DNA from: a virus
Lineage: Duplodnaviria > Caudoviricetes
Length of the DNA: 45,537 nucleotides
Virus record (IMG/VR): IMGVR_UViG_3300037478_000050
Coordinates: 1-45,537 of that record
Strand: one strand, 5' to 3'
Part shown: positions 33,661-43,415 of the stretch, in pieces
How the letters are laid out: every line of letters begins with the position of its first letter
Position numbering within the stretch: the stretch's first letter is position 1
Made by a program: the position numbers and the translations under genes
The notes under the pieces: model-generated
Told to the model about the DNA's origin: nothing
The model's input: only the letters and a program-made list of their open reading frames with translations
Databases searched by the model: none

Positions 33661-33996
33661 TCACTCCGGGCAAATATAGGCACGAGGATAGTTAGGATGA
33701 TCGTACCCAGCCGCGTGTTGCCGCTCATGGGCCTCTACGCATTCACGGTTAGCATTGCGAAGCATGATGATCTGACACTGGCGCTTGGTCTTGTCGCAGA
33801 CCGTCCAGCCTTTGACACCTTCGCCATAAGGGTGCTTGTCAACGACAAAGATTTCTGGATTGTTCAATGCGCCTTCCCACGTCTTTTGCCAATAGCCGTT
33901 GTCCGGTGGTGGAGCAGGGCGCTGCAGAGCTTGCGCCATCGCCTGCACCTTTGGGTCAAGCTGCGGAGGTCCTAAACGCCAGTCGCCGTAGTCCAT
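33661..33996 (-). CDS. Hypothetical protein with an HExxH motif
   Basis: 111 aa; CVEAHERQHAAGYDH. Confidence 0.55.
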   Translation of the reverse strand: MDYGDWRLGPPQLDPKVQAMAQALQRPAPPPDNGYWQKTWEGALNNPEIFVVDKHPYGEGVKGWTVCDKTKRQCQIIMLRNANRECVEAHERQHAAGYDHPNYPRAYICPE

Positions 33997-33997
33997 A

Positions 33998-34756
33998 TCA
34001 ATCTGATGGTGAGCTAGAGCCTGTTTCTAGAGTTCCTGTTATAGCGTAATCGTCGCCCGTTCCTAGATTCGTAGCAAACGTCGCTACTGCAGCGCCATCA
34101 GCTACACGCTGATAGACAATCGGAGCTGTACCTGTGGCAATAGCACCATCTGCCCCTAACCATACTGGCTTTCCATTAGCGGAAATGAACCTGCGACGGT
34201 TAGCAACAATATCGAAGTCTAGATATTGCCCTGGCGCAAAGTAGACTTCAGCCAAGCAACCGTCGAAATCATTAGCGCCCCCAGTTGAAGCGCCTATCGA
34301 CCAATTCGTAGCGCCCTCATAATTGATAGTGTCATCAGTGTAGGTGACTTCGTTTTTATCTGATACATCATTTACGTAGAGGCGACCAGAACCAGCGACC
34401 GCTAAATTCCATGACAGAAGAATATGCAACCATGTTGCACCAGCCGTGTACGCTGTTGAGGACAAAAATCTTAGAACGTTAGCTGGTACAGAATTTTGGC
34501 ATATCAATTCAAACAGATTCGAGCTGATGATATTAAACTGACACGCTTGTACAGTAGCGCAGGAAAATATCCTGCGTGTAGCGCCGTCTTGCGCATCAAT
34601 ACGACACCATAAACTGAGAATTCCTGACTTGCTATCGGCGATTCCGGTTAAAGCGGCACCGCTAGTCATTACGTCATTCGTGCCGTCGAAATCGGCGGAA
34701 TCTACGGTGCTTAACGTCTGTCCGTAATTCATGAACAATACTTGCATGCCGCTCAT
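33998..34756 (-). CDS. LamG/concanavalin-A-like virion protein (tail/receptor binding)
   Basis: FDGTND, W.HILLSW, LYVND and IGA....FDG.LAEV; ATG at 34756 overlaps the upstream TGA; AT-richer. Confidence 0.7.
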   Translation of the reverse strand: MSGMQVLFMNYGQTLSTVDSADFDGTNDVMTSGAALTGIADSKSGILSLWCRIDAQDGATRRIFSCATVQACQFNIISSNLFELICQNSVPANVLRFLSSTAYTAGATWLHILLSWNLAVAGSGRLYVNDVSDKNEVTYTDDTINYEGATNWSIGASTGGANDFDGCLAEVYFAPGQYLDFDIVANRRRFISANGKPVWLGADGAIATGTAPIVYQRVADGAAVATFATNLGTGDDYAITGTLETGSSSPSD

Positions 34757-35502
34757 GAGAGATTGGTTCCAGAGATTACCCACGTTGTTGCCGTGATCTT
34801 CAGCACCGTAGCAATCCCATTTTCTGCAAGCGTTCTTGATCCTGTAGACCCTGCGCCCATCAGCGTCATCGTGTCAGTTGTGATAGCAATCGTGACAGTA
34901 TTCTGCATGTTGACGAACGTGACTGCGGTGCCAATAGGAAATGCTACTGCTGAGTTCGCAGGAATAGTGAAGGTGCGCGGATTGTCATCTGCGACAGGAT
35001 GCAGGACATGCTTGTTAGCATCAGCGGCGACCAATTCATAGGCCGCGCTCTGCGAATTCTGCGGGATGGTCGAACCTGCGAAGGTCGTTGTGCCGGTAGC
35101 TGCGCCGATTGCAAGCGTTGTCGCAGCGCCAGCAAAATTAACCGTGGTTGCCGTGGTATTGAATAACGTCAGCGAAGTAGCAGCCGTCGCCATCGTGAAC
35201 GTGCCAGTCCCTACATTCAGCGTTGTCGCCGCCCCCGCGAAATTCACGGTGGTAGCCGTGGTATTGACCAAGGCAAACGTAGTCGAAGGCGTAATCAGCG
35301 GCGAGGTAACGCTGATCCCGACAGCGAACGGCACCGATGAGGTAGTCGTCTGCGAGCCGTCCTTCAGCACAGTGGTAGTCAGCCCCGTAGCGATCTCAGA
35401 CCACGCCGTAGCGGCGTCCGATGAGCTGATCGTCGTTCCGGTAACCGGCGAGGGGGCGAAGGTGGTACTTGTGAATGTGAAAGTTCCGCTCGAAAAAGGC
35501 AC
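34753..35502 (-). CDS. Tail fibre-like protein
   Basis: GTG at 35502 with AGGAGG RBS; Thr-rich; internal repeat NTTATTVNFAGAATTL x2; C-terminal TIPANS.VAFPIGTA...K...TTW.ISG. Confidence 0.7.
   Translation of the reverse strand: MPFSSGTFTFTSTTFAPSPVTGTTISSSDAATAWSEIATGLTTTVLKDGSQTTTSSVPFAVGISVTSPLITPSTTFALVNTTATTVNFAGAATTLNVGTGTFTMATAATSLTLFNTTATTVNFAGAATTLAIGAATGTTTFAGSTIPQNSQSAAYELVAADANKHVLHPVADDNPRTFTIPANSAVAFPIGTAVTFVNMQNTVTIAITTDTMTLMGAGSTGSRTLAENGIATVLKITATTWVISGTNLS
35113..35265. repeat. Intragenic 48-nt repeat (two copies 105 nt apart)
   Basis: 35113-35160 and 35218-35265 both encode NTTATTVNFAGAATTL, differing only at synonymous positions. Confidence 0.85.
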
Positions 35503-35506
35503 CCGA

Positions 35507-37129
35507 TTAACCTCCTGCTGCCGTAGCAGCGCCAACAACGCCCATGCGTTCAAGCTCAGTAGCCACAGCCGAGCGTTCCGCAGCAGGCAGTTTTTCAAGC
35601 GCAGCGGCCAAAGACTTGGGATTCAGATAGCGCCGAGCGGCCTCTGCGTCCAAGCGTGGCTCTACGCCTTTACCCAAGCGGTTCATGATCGCATTGGCGA
35701 GCATCATGGGCCGAGATAGCATCTGCGGCAGATGCAGCCGTGATTCCTCGGCGACATTCATCCCGCCGCCTAGATTTGTGCGCACCACGGGACGCGCAGC
35801 AGACTTGACACCCTCTTTCGCCGCTTCGATGCCACGCGAGCGTGAAGCGAATTCAGCTAGATAGTCTTTCCAGCCGACGCCGCCAGCAGACTCTATGGCG
35901 TCATCGATATTCTTTTGCATGTCGCGCTCAAGGCCAGCGGCGAGGCGCTTGTCCCAATTCGCCGTTTCCTTAGCATTCTTCTGGATCGTGTTGCCGAGTT
36001 CCTTGCGGATCGTGTAAAGGTCTTTAGCGTTGATGAAGCCGTCGCGGCTGGTGAAGTCCTTTATCTTGTCCCTCACGTCGGCGAAGGTCTTGCGCACCAC
36101 GTCCGACGCACGAATGCCTGGCTGAGATACAACGCCGCGCATTTGCCGAATTAACTTCTGTGTAGATACACCTACTGGCTGCGTGCCTTCAAGCGCGGCT
36201 TCGCGCATAGGAGTAGTGACTTCGGCGCGCGTTTCCATTGCCTTAGCCAAAGCTGCTTTCTGATCCAAGGCGCGCTGCCCAAAGGCTGCTGATGGGCCTC
36301 CAGGCGTGCCAGAAGTGATTTTCTGGTGCGCTACGAGCGGCGATCCGGCGGGCGTAGGGCCGAGGATTTCCCCGGCAGTCTGCTGATACCCAGGCACAGG
36401 CGGCTCGGTACGCTTCAAGGCGTCGATTACGGCTTGGCGATTTTGGTCGCCGGTGATCTTTCCCTGATAGCGGCTCAGAATGCGGCCAGCGCCTTTTTCC
36501 GTGAACAGGTCAGCGATATTACGAACGCCACCAGCGATTGCTTTTCCGCCTTCCATAGCGGCTGGGACGGCAGCTCCCAGGGCTGCGCCAGTGCCAATCT
36601 GTTGGGCTTTGCTGCCCATGAAATCGTCGCCCTGAGTAACCGGCGCTACAGCGCCAGCACCGCCGCCAATAGCCGCGCCCTGCGCAATGCGTCCGGTAGT
36701 GCTAGCCGCTCCAGGTATGCCGCGCAGAGCCAGCACGGCAGGGCTAACCGCCGTGCCTGCAAGCCCCGTCAGGTCGAATTGACCACCACCCATAGCAGCC
36801 TGCCCGCGTTGCTTCAATTCCTCGGTACGCTTCAGTGTTTCGGTGCCAGACGTATCGCCAAGGGCCTCTGCTCCGAACTGCGCAGCGCCTAGAAATGGCG
36901 AAGCAGCGCCCATAGCGAAGCGGGTAAGCGGATGCCCTGCGATGTTCTCGGCAGGCGTGATGCCTAGCGCCTTTGGATCGTAGCCCATCAAGCCGCCTGC
37001 CCAGCCTGATGTTTTCTCTCCGGATGGGACGAACGGCTCAGGCGGCTGCTGCGGCGGCGGTGCTTGCTGCTGCAACCGAAGCCGTGCGCGTGCAGTCGCT
37101 ACAGCGCGCTGCTGTTCTATTGTTGCCAC
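35507..37129 (-). CDS. Internal virion / DNA ejection protein (putative)
   Basis: 540 aa with Gly/Ala-rich hydrophobic segments; position downstream of the tail tube genes is typical of podovirus ejection proteins. Confidence 0.6.
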   Translation of the reverse strand: MATIEQQRAVATARARLRLQQQAPPPQQPPEPFVPSGEKTSGWAGGLMGYDPKALGITPAENIAGHPLTRFAMGAASPFLGAAQFGAEALGDTSGTETLKRTEELKQRGQAAMGGGQFDLTGLAGTAVSPAVLALRGIPGAASTTGRIAQGAAIGGGAGAVAPVTQGDDFMGSKAQQIGTGAALGAAVPAAMEGGKAIAGGVRNIADLFTEKGAGRILSRYQGKITGDQNRQAVIDALKRTEPPVPGYQQTAGEILGPTPAGSPLVAHQKITSGTPGGPSAAFGQRALDQKAALAKAMETRAEVTTPMREAALEGTQPVGVSTQKLIRQMRGVVSQPGIRASDVVRKTFADVRDKIKDFTSRDGFINAKDLYTIRKELGNTIQKNAKETANWDKRLAAGLERDMQKNIDDAIESAGGVGWKDYLAEFASRSRGIEAAKEGVKSAARPVVRTNLGGGMNVAEESRLHLPQMLSRPMMLANAIMNRLGKGVEPRLDAEAARRYLNPKSLAAALEKLPAAERSAVATELERMGVVGAATAAGG

Positions 37130-38382
37130 AGCGCCTTTTCCTCCGGCGTCATCACGTTCCAGATTGCAGGGTCAACGTCTGCTGGAGCGCCTTGAGGGGC
37201 TGACTGCCTCGGCTGTCCAGGCTGTCCCTGTTGTGCTGGTTGCGTAAACGCCTCTGGATTCAAATGCTCATATTTCGCCCACAACTGTTTAACGGTATCG
37301 AGCGCCGCCTTACGCCGCGCAATCGGCACCGTAGGATCGCCAATCTCAGCCGCCATCTGCCGATAGAGCACGACGTCCCTATCGGACTGCGGGCCTTGCA
37401 TGCGCGGCATCTTCGCCGTCAAAGCCCCACCGAGCGCCTTAAGCTGCTGCGCTTGGACTGAGCCCTGCGGCGATGCGCCGAAGAATCCGCCAACTACGTC
37501 TACAGCTGCGCCGAGGCCGCTTTGCGTCGGTGTATCGGCAGGACTAGTTACACCACCTTCACCACGTTTTTTACCGCTCAGGATGTCATCTGCGGTCTGG
37601 ATGATTCCACCAATACCCTGCATGTTGAAACGGCGCTCGGCAGTGGATTGCCCTTCGACGGTGCCCGTAGCCTTGGCAGCGGACAGGTTGCGTTGCAGAT
37701 TTGGATCAGCAGCCGAGCCTACTACAGGCGAGCCGCCAGCCTGCACAAGCTCCATCTGCCCGGTACGCGCATTGAAGGCATAGACACCTTTTGCTGTCTG
37801 CACCGGAGTAAAGTACGGCGTGCCGCCGCTAGTTGGCTGAGTCGGATTTGGCGGTACTGACGCAATCGACGGCCCACCACCAGCAGGGAATCGTTGCTGT
37901 CCAGGCCCCAATGTGAATGGCTGCTGTGGCTGCGGCATCTGATTCTTAAATTGCTGCCCCATCATCCCCAAGCCAGCCTGCGCCAGCATCGGGTCTTGAG
38001 AGCCCGCCAGCGTCCCGGCAGCGCCCATAGGATCGCCGGGCATCGCAGGCCCACCGCCCAGCTCAGGCGCAGGCTGCGGCGAGCCTCCGGCTTGCGACAG
38101 GGCCTTGGCGAGCGCGGCTTGGCGCTCTGATTGCATCCGGTCAGCCAGTGTCTTCTGCTCTGTAGTTGCCTCCTTCTCCTTTTGTCCGCCCGCATATCCC
38201 TGCATCATCTTTGCGATAACCTGAAGCGGGCTAACAGGAGACGCCATCCGCCCGCCTCTAGGGGCCTCCAATGGCTGAAACGCTTGCTGCTGCAACATCT
38301 GCGCGAGACGTTGCTTTTTTTGAATCTCGGCTTGTTCTGCACCGTATGGCCCAACCGACACGTTATTTACGAAGTCAGCCAT
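37117..38382 (-). CDS. Internal virion / DNA ejection protein (putative)
   Basis: 421 aa, Gln/Pro/Gly-rich, with a MPRMQGPQSDRDV..Y motif; within the ejection module. Confidence 0.6.
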   Translation of the reverse strand: MADFVNNVSVGPYGAEQAEIQKKQRLAQMLQQQAFQPLEAPRGGRMASPVSPLQVIAKMMQGYAGGQKEKEATTEQKTLADRMQSERQAALAKALSQAGGSPQPAPELGGGPAMPGDPMGAAGTLAGSQDPMLAQAGLGMMGQQFKNQMPQPQQPFTLGPGQQRFPAGGGPSIASVPPNPTQPTSGGTPYFTPVQTAKGVYAFNARTGQMELVQAGGSPVVGSAADPNLQRNLSAAKATGTVEGQSTAERRFNMQGIGGIIQTADDILSGKKRGEGGVTSPADTPTQSGLGAAVDVVGGFFGASPQGSVQAQQLKALGGALTAKMPRMQGPQSDRDVVLYRQMAAEIGDPTVPIARRKAALDTVKQLWAKYEHLNPEAFTQPAQQGQPGQPRQSAPQGAPADVDPAIWNVMTPEEKALWQQ

Positions 38383-39079
38383 TGCAAGCCTCTAGTTTTC
38401 GGTATGCGTTCAATGGACGCGCGACCTCTGCGGATAGCTCGGCTAGGCGCGTCATGTACTCGCCAAATCTTTCTGGATGCCTAGCTTTCATGTATCGCGC
38501 CCGGTCGCCAGCGTGCGCAGCGTACGCCGTGCAGTCGAAGCAATCCACACTTGAATGCTCCAGCGCGTAGTGATCCGGCAGCGGCCCGAACGTGGAGCGC
38601 AGGAAATCCATAACACGCTCTGCGCTCCATTCAGCAATAGGATGAATGATCTCGATGCCATCCACCACGCCGACCGACGCGCGGTGCGCTTCGTCCAGGC
38701 GTTGCCCCCTGATGATCGTTTTCGCACCTAACTGCTTCGCCTTCAGGAACAACGGCTCAGCGATATTCTTGAAGCAGCACTGCAAGTAACTTTGCACCTT
38801 TATCGGCTTTGTGCTTGTCATGGTTTGCGCAAACGCCGTACTATCCACTGGCACCAGATCGGATGGCAACCCGTACTGCGCCCACTGCCCGGCGCGATCC
38901 GTTTTGACCTCGTGCCAGTGCGGGCACAAGACCGCAACGCGATTAACAAACGCCTCGACCTCCGGCAGATTGCGCCCGGTATTCGCCCAAATAACGTCAA
39001 TCTCCGGTAGACGGTCGCGGTACAGCATCAGGCATGCGAGGCTGTCTTTACCACCGGAGAATGCGAGCGCGGTTTCCAT
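38375..39079 (-). CDS. PAPS/APS-reductase-family PP-loop protein
   Basis: AFSGGKDS, NTG..LPE, CC-x77-CFDC, IRGQR.DE and HPI.EWS...V. Confidence 0.85.
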   Translation of the reverse strand: METALAFSGGKDSLACLMLYRDRLPEIDVIWANTGRNLPEVEAFVNRVAVLCPHWHEVKTDRAGQWAQYGLPSDLVPVDSTAFAQTMTSTKPIKVQSYLQCCFKNIAEPLFLKAKQLGAKTIIRGQRLDEAHRASVGVVDGIEIIHPIAEWSAERVMDFLRSTFGPLPDHYALEHSSVDCFDCTAYAAHAGDRARYMKARHPERFGEYMTRLAELSAEVARPLNAYRKLEACNG

Positions 39080-39810
39080 TAGTACATATACGCCGCAGCC
39101 ATGCCGATTCCAGCAACACCGCCCAATTGCGCATTGTATGCACCAACATCAGAGCCGAATTGATCCGCCTGGGCTTGTCCTTGAGCTTGTGCAGCACCGG
39201 AATAATTCGTCGGGATACCGCCCTGTCCAAATTGCGGGTTTTGAACCTGCGCCCCGGTACGCAAAGCGTTCAGCGTATTCAACGGCTGGTTGTAGGCAGA
39301 ACTAGCAAGCTGATAAGTCTGCGGCATCGTCTGGATCGCCCCAAGCCGCGCCTGTCCGTATGCATCGGTACGCGCACTCTCGAAATCGCGCATGGCGTTC
39401 GTGTAAGCTTCCCCTCCGGGCGACAAGCCTTGATTGGCGAGCATCGTCCGATTCTGCTCTGCGCGTTGATTCCACTGCGGGTCAAGCCGCGCGGTTTGCG
39501 CCTCATAGGCTTGGTCCGCGATTTGCGGCACCGAGGACAAATCCATCGGCTGCGAGTATTGCTGCTGCACGCCGGGGAGCTGCTGCTGTGCTACATCGCC
39601 TACGCCAGCCGACAGGCCCATCTGCGTATCAAGGGCCTGCTGCGCCTTCGGATCTAGCGTAGTCGTGGATTTGAAGCCCGACGGGCTAGTAGGATCAGCC
39701 CCATATTGCAGCGATCCGTAAGGCGTGAACTGGCTTACCTTCTGGCTAAGGCCAGTAGCTTCCGCAGCCCCTTTGTAGTCGGGTGCTGCTGGCGCTGATG
39801 GTGCGCACAT
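39079..39810 (-). CDS. DNA transfer / pilot protein (putative)
   Basis: MCAPSAPAAPDY..AA, Q.TPYGSL and L.NQGL.PG.EAY; Gln/Ala-rich; GGAGG RBS. Confidence 0.65.
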   Translation of the reverse strand: MCAPSAPAAPDYKGAAEATGLSQKVSQFTPYGSLQYGADPTSPSGFKSTTTLDPKAQQALDTQMGLSAGVGDVAQQQLPGVQQQYSQPMDLSSVPQIADQAYEAQTARLDPQWNQRAEQNRTMLANQGLSPGGEAYTNAMRDFESARTDAYGQARLGAIQTMPQTYQLASSAYNQPLNTLNALRTGAQVQNPQFGQGGIPTNYSGAAQAQGQAQADQFGSDVGAYNAQLGGVAGIGMAAAYMY

Positions 39811-39826
39811 ACTGCCTCCTAGACGC

Positions 39827-40288
39827 CTAAAAAACGAGCGTCATGCAGTGCGCGGTATGCTTATAGCCTTGGCGGGCGAGCCACTTTGAAACAATGAGAT
39901 CAGTAGCGGTCGTCACGTTCAGCCTTTTCACTCCGCGCGCTTTCAAGTCCTGATGCACGAAGCGGGCGAGTAATCGACCGCTGCCATTTCTATGCTCTTT
40001 ATCGACGTAGATTGTATCCTCTTGCGCGATAAAGTCATTGTTGTGCATGTCGTTCGTCAGGTAGATATTGGCGTAACCCACCGCCTTCCCGCCGCAACGC
40101 AGCACGAAATTGAGTAGCCAGCCGCCATCAGCGGCTTTCCTGTATTCCTCAATGCGCGGGTTATAGGCCGACATCGGCACGCCGGTAGCCTCGATACGCT
40201 CCCTCATGGCCGCGTAGTGCTGGCGGTACAAAGGCTCCAGCTCGGCGTAGTTACGATAGGCATGCTCAAGGGAGACGGTGTATGCCAT
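39827..40288 (-). CDS. GNAT-family acetyltransferase in the tail module
   Basis: VGYA, AQEDTIYVDKEHRNG.G..L acetyl-CoA-binding motif and L.R.GY. Confidence 0.8.
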   Translation of the reverse strand: MAYTVSLEHAYRNYAELEPLYRQHYAAMRERIEATGVPMSAYNPRIEEYRKAADGGWLLNFVLRCGGKAVGYANIYLTNDMHNNDFIAQEDTIYVDKEHRNGSGRLLARFVHQDLKARGVKRLNVTTATDLIVSKWLARQGYKHTAHCMTLVF

Positions 40289-41866
40289 CTAAATTACGGC
40301 TCCTGGCTCCATTACGACATCCGTAGAAATCCACTGCATCGAAGCGCCGTCCAAGTTCGCCTGAATATGCGGTGCCCCGGCATACCCGACGCCTGTAGAC
40401 CCCTGCCACAAGGCCGACACGTTCAGGGTGCTAGACCACGTATCTTCGTCCCACTGCGCCGTATCCCATACAGCGCCTGAGAATGTCGCAGTACCGATAG
40501 CTGACGCTGGAGCTGTCTGGTCAAAATCTACGTTCATATTCGCGTTCACTTGCTGCGTTGAATTGATGAGCAGCATGGGCCGAATCATGGTGAATCGTTT
40601 TAGCTGTCCGCGCGATCCGAAGTAGTTGAAGGCTTGCAGGCCGTCGATAAAGATTGAACCTCCGGCGTCCTCCGCTGTGTCCCAAGCCTGTCCTACAAAG
40701 TCGCTGCTGCCAAAATACAATTCATCGTTGAACAACTCGAAGCAGGTTGCATTCCAGCCGGTGAAATTGCACCATGCTCCAGTGATCGTATTCATCACGT
40801 ACTGCTGCTGAGAATCGGTAGCCGTCACCGGCACATTCATCACCAGCATATTCTGACGCGGGAACGGAATTACCTGCCAGCCGAAATTGCCGCCGAAATC
40901 GACCACCGCCTTGGTCATCTGCGACCGGATTTTATCGGTGAGCGCAACGCGCGGATTGAGGCGCGAGGATTGCAGCGCCCCGGACATTGGAATTAAACCG
41001 TCCTGCGTGATGATGAGCAATTCTCCGGCCCATTTGACAAAGCAGCGCCGCCCGACCGGGGAGCCGATCCACCAGACGCCTACGAGCGCCCACGTCGAGG
41101 CGCTGGACGGGTCTGTGCCGCGATATACCAGAACTTCGCCCTCGGACGTGATGAACACCGCTAGATCGTCAACGCCGTAGCCAGCGTCGATAGTCCACGT
41201 TCCCATCGCCATCAGGTAGCCACCGCGCGTACAGAATGCGCGCAAGTCCAATGCAGCAGCCGCGCCGGTAATGGATTGTGTCGGTAGATACCACGCGCGT
41301 AGAGTATTGGCTTCAATGAACCACACGCGGTTTTTGTGCATGTTGATGTGGATCAGATTCGCTGCTGTGACCCCGGTAATGCTCGCACTCTGGTCTACCC
41401 ATGACGTGCCATTATAGGTATAGACGCCATCAGCACCATTGCACAGTTCGATGAACGTCCCGGCAGCGGTCGCCAAGTTGATGTACTGCCAGCGCGAATT
41501 CGTAAGCCCTGTAACCTCGGCAGCGCCGATAGCGCCGCCTGCCGTGGCATCGAATATCTCGCCGCCAGCAATGGCGAATAGTTCGCTCGTAGCCCCACCT
41601 TGGTACTGCATCAATGTCTCTACAGCCGCGCCATAGCCTGTCGAATGCTCCGTGTAGCCAGAACGTACATTCACCGATGTATTGCTGGGAAAGAGATTCG
41701 TCAGCGTTACGGCATCGTCCTCGGCCATGTCGGCGAGGGAGTCGCGAGCGTTCCAACCACCAACAGGAGCCGGTAGCGATACCGACGTAGCGCGGTTGCG
41801 CTGGAACATCGGCGGGCGCGAGACCACGCCTGTTGCTCGTTGCGCTTGTGTGCGCCTAAGAGCCAT
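40289..41866 (-). CDS. Tail tubular protein B / packaged-DNA stabilisation protein
   Basis: 525 aa, beta-rich; LPAPVGGWNARDSLA.M; follows the adaptor gene. Confidence 0.7.
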   Translation of the reverse strand: MALRRTQAQRATGVVSRPPMFQRNRATSVSLPAPVGGWNARDSLADMAEDDAVTLTNLFPSNTSVNVRSGYTEHSTGYGAAVETLMQYQGGATSELFAIAGGEIFDATAGGAIGAAEVTGLTNSRWQYINLATAAGTFIELCNGADGVYTYNGTSWVDQSASITGVTAANLIHINMHKNRVWFIEANTLRAWYLPTQSITGAAAALDLRAFCTRGGYLMAMGTWTIDAGYGVDDLAVFITSEGEVLVYRGTDPSSASTWALVGVWWIGSPVGRRCFVKWAGELLIITQDGLIPMSGALQSSRLNPRVALTDKIRSQMTKAVVDFGGNFGWQVIPFPRQNMLVMNVPVTATDSQQQYVMNTITGAWCNFTGWNATCFELFNDELYFGSSDFVGQAWDTAEDAGGSIFIDGLQAFNYFGSRGQLKRFTMIRPMLLINSTQQVNANMNVDFDQTAPASAIGTATFSGAVWDTAQWDEDTWSSTLNVSALWQGSTGVGYAGAPHIQANLDGASMQWISTDVVMEPGAVI

Positions 41867-42785
41867 AACCAGAATCGGGTATGTTGTTGAACCCGATCAA
41901 CACGCTTCCTGGCCTCGGTGCCATCGAAAGGTTCGGAGCCATGCCGTCGTGGGCCTTCGCGGAATCCAACTGCATCATGTAGTCCCGATACAGCGCCGTA
42001 GTATCGAAGCCCTTAACCTCGAAATACTTGAGCTTGATAATTGCTCGCATGAGCGGGTCAGGGAAAATGCAGGTATCGGTATCGACCGTAAATAATTCCT
42101 TGGTTGGCGCTGGCGTGGCCGCAGCCGTAACGAGAATCCAGAACTTGCTTACGTACTCGTAGGAAAGGATTTCCTCAGCGCCGAGCGGGGGCCAAATCTG
42201 GAAGTAACCGCCCATCTGCCAATAGCGGATGCGGGGCCCAGTCGAGATATAGCCGGAGCGCAGCCACTCGCGCTGCTGCGACGTTTGCGGCCCAAGCAGG
42301 TTCCAGTGCTTCGACTTGTCCCAATGTGTGTAGTCCACCATGCGATCAAAGTCGCTCGGCAACGCAAATAACACCTTGGAGAACGTGAAGGTCTGCGTTG
42401 TAGCAGTCACCGTGGCTTCCTGATTGATTACCACCGTGCTACCGGCTGGCGCTGCGTTGATACGCGAGTCCTGCGGAATACCGTTGCCAGTTACCGCAAA
42501 GGTTACGTCCAGGCTTGCGATGCTGGACATGTTCGTAAGGCTCGTACTGCCGTCCGTGGTATCACCTGTATAGGAAAACGTTGTCGCCTCGAAGATGTAC
42601 TGCTTTACCGCAGCCTCCCACTCGTTCTGCCGAAGCAGATCGCCGCCAGATGAATTGACGAGCGCAAGAGTCTGCACCACGTCCTGATTCGTGTTCCCGA
42701 TTACCGTAGTCGGATTGCCTGAAGTTGCCACGCCCATCCCTTGCAGCGTCGTCTGGAACAATGACAGGAGCGTGGAGTTAGCCAT
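41856..42785 (-). CDS. Head-tail adaptor / tail tubular protein A
   Basis: 309 aa; LPSDFDR...T.WD, GP...Q..WL and EY.SK.W; position in the tail module. Confidence 0.7.
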   Translation of the reverse strand: MANSTLLSLFQTTLQGMGVATSGNPTTVIGNTNQDVVQTLALVNSSGGDLLRQNEWEAAVKQYIFEATTFSYTGDTTDGSTSLTNMSSIASLDVTFAVTGNGIPQDSRINAAPAGSTVVINQEATVTATTQTFTFSKVLFALPSDFDRMVDYTHWDKSKHWNLLGPQTSQQREWLRSGYISTGPRIRYWQMGGYFQIWPPLGAEEILSYEYVSKFWILVTAAATPAPTKELFTVDTDTCIFPDPLMRAIIKLKYFEVKGFDTTALYRDYMMQLDSAKAHDGMAPNLSMAPRPGSVLIGFNNIPDSGYGS

Positions 42786-43399
42786 TAGCTGCCTTTCTTA
42801 GGAATATGCAACGTGTCCGCCTTCGCGCCAGCAACCGGCAGCAACGCTTCCAGTCGCGCTAGCCTATCTTTCATCTCCGCCAGTTCCTTATCTTTCGCTT
42901 CCATCTCGGCCTTGTAGTCCGCTCGGTTACGCTCTTTCAGCGCGACTCTAGCCTGCTCACGCAGACCGATCCCGCCTAGGCCAAGGCGCTGAATCTGCGA
43001 GTCCGAGGCCCCTGCAAGCTGCTCCACTGTCTGAAAGCGCAGATGCCGCAACTCGTGAATCTGCGTATCCTTGCCCTTCAGCACGGGCCACTCCTCGATC
43101 TTCCAGCCCGGAACCTCGCTGGATGCGCCTTCCAGCAAGCCCTCCCTGATCTGCCACGCGAGCCACTTCTGCGGCCAGCGCGCCTTGTGATCGTCGCGTA
43201 CCGCCGTCTCATGGATCGACGTGTTATCGCCGGGGCGCATGATGCGCACGTAGGGTGTTTTCTTGCCTCGTACCTCTTTGCCTTGAACCTCAGACTGCCA
43301 CTTGGACACCGGCTCTTTCCAGAAGAATTCAACGTGCAGCAGTGAATCCGGGTTGATCGGGTTTACGAACTCTGGATTAGCTAGATCGCTTGCAAGCAT
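42785..43399 (-). CDS. Conserved hypothetical phage protein
   Basis: 204 aa; AGGAG RBS; G..IEEWP...TVEQLA.ASD motif and a C-terminal coiled coil. Confidence 0.7.
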   Translation of the reverse strand: MLASDLANPEFVNPINPDSLLHVEFFWKEPVSKWQSEVQGKEVRGKKTPYVRIMRPGDNTSIHETAVRDDHKARWPQKWLAWQIREGLLEGASSEVPGWKIEEWPVLKGKDTQIHELRHLRFQTVEQLAGASDSQIQRLGLGGIGLREQARVALKERNRADYKAEMEAKDKELAEMKDRLARLEALLPVAGAKADTLHIPKKGS

Positions 43400-43415
43400 G
43401 TGTATGCTCCTCTAA

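Noticed and set aside
39827-40288. GNAT acetyltransferase as a novel insertion
   Set aside because: GNAT-like genes between tail tube and ejection genes are a recurrent feature of podovirus-type tail modules, so it is not unusual alone.
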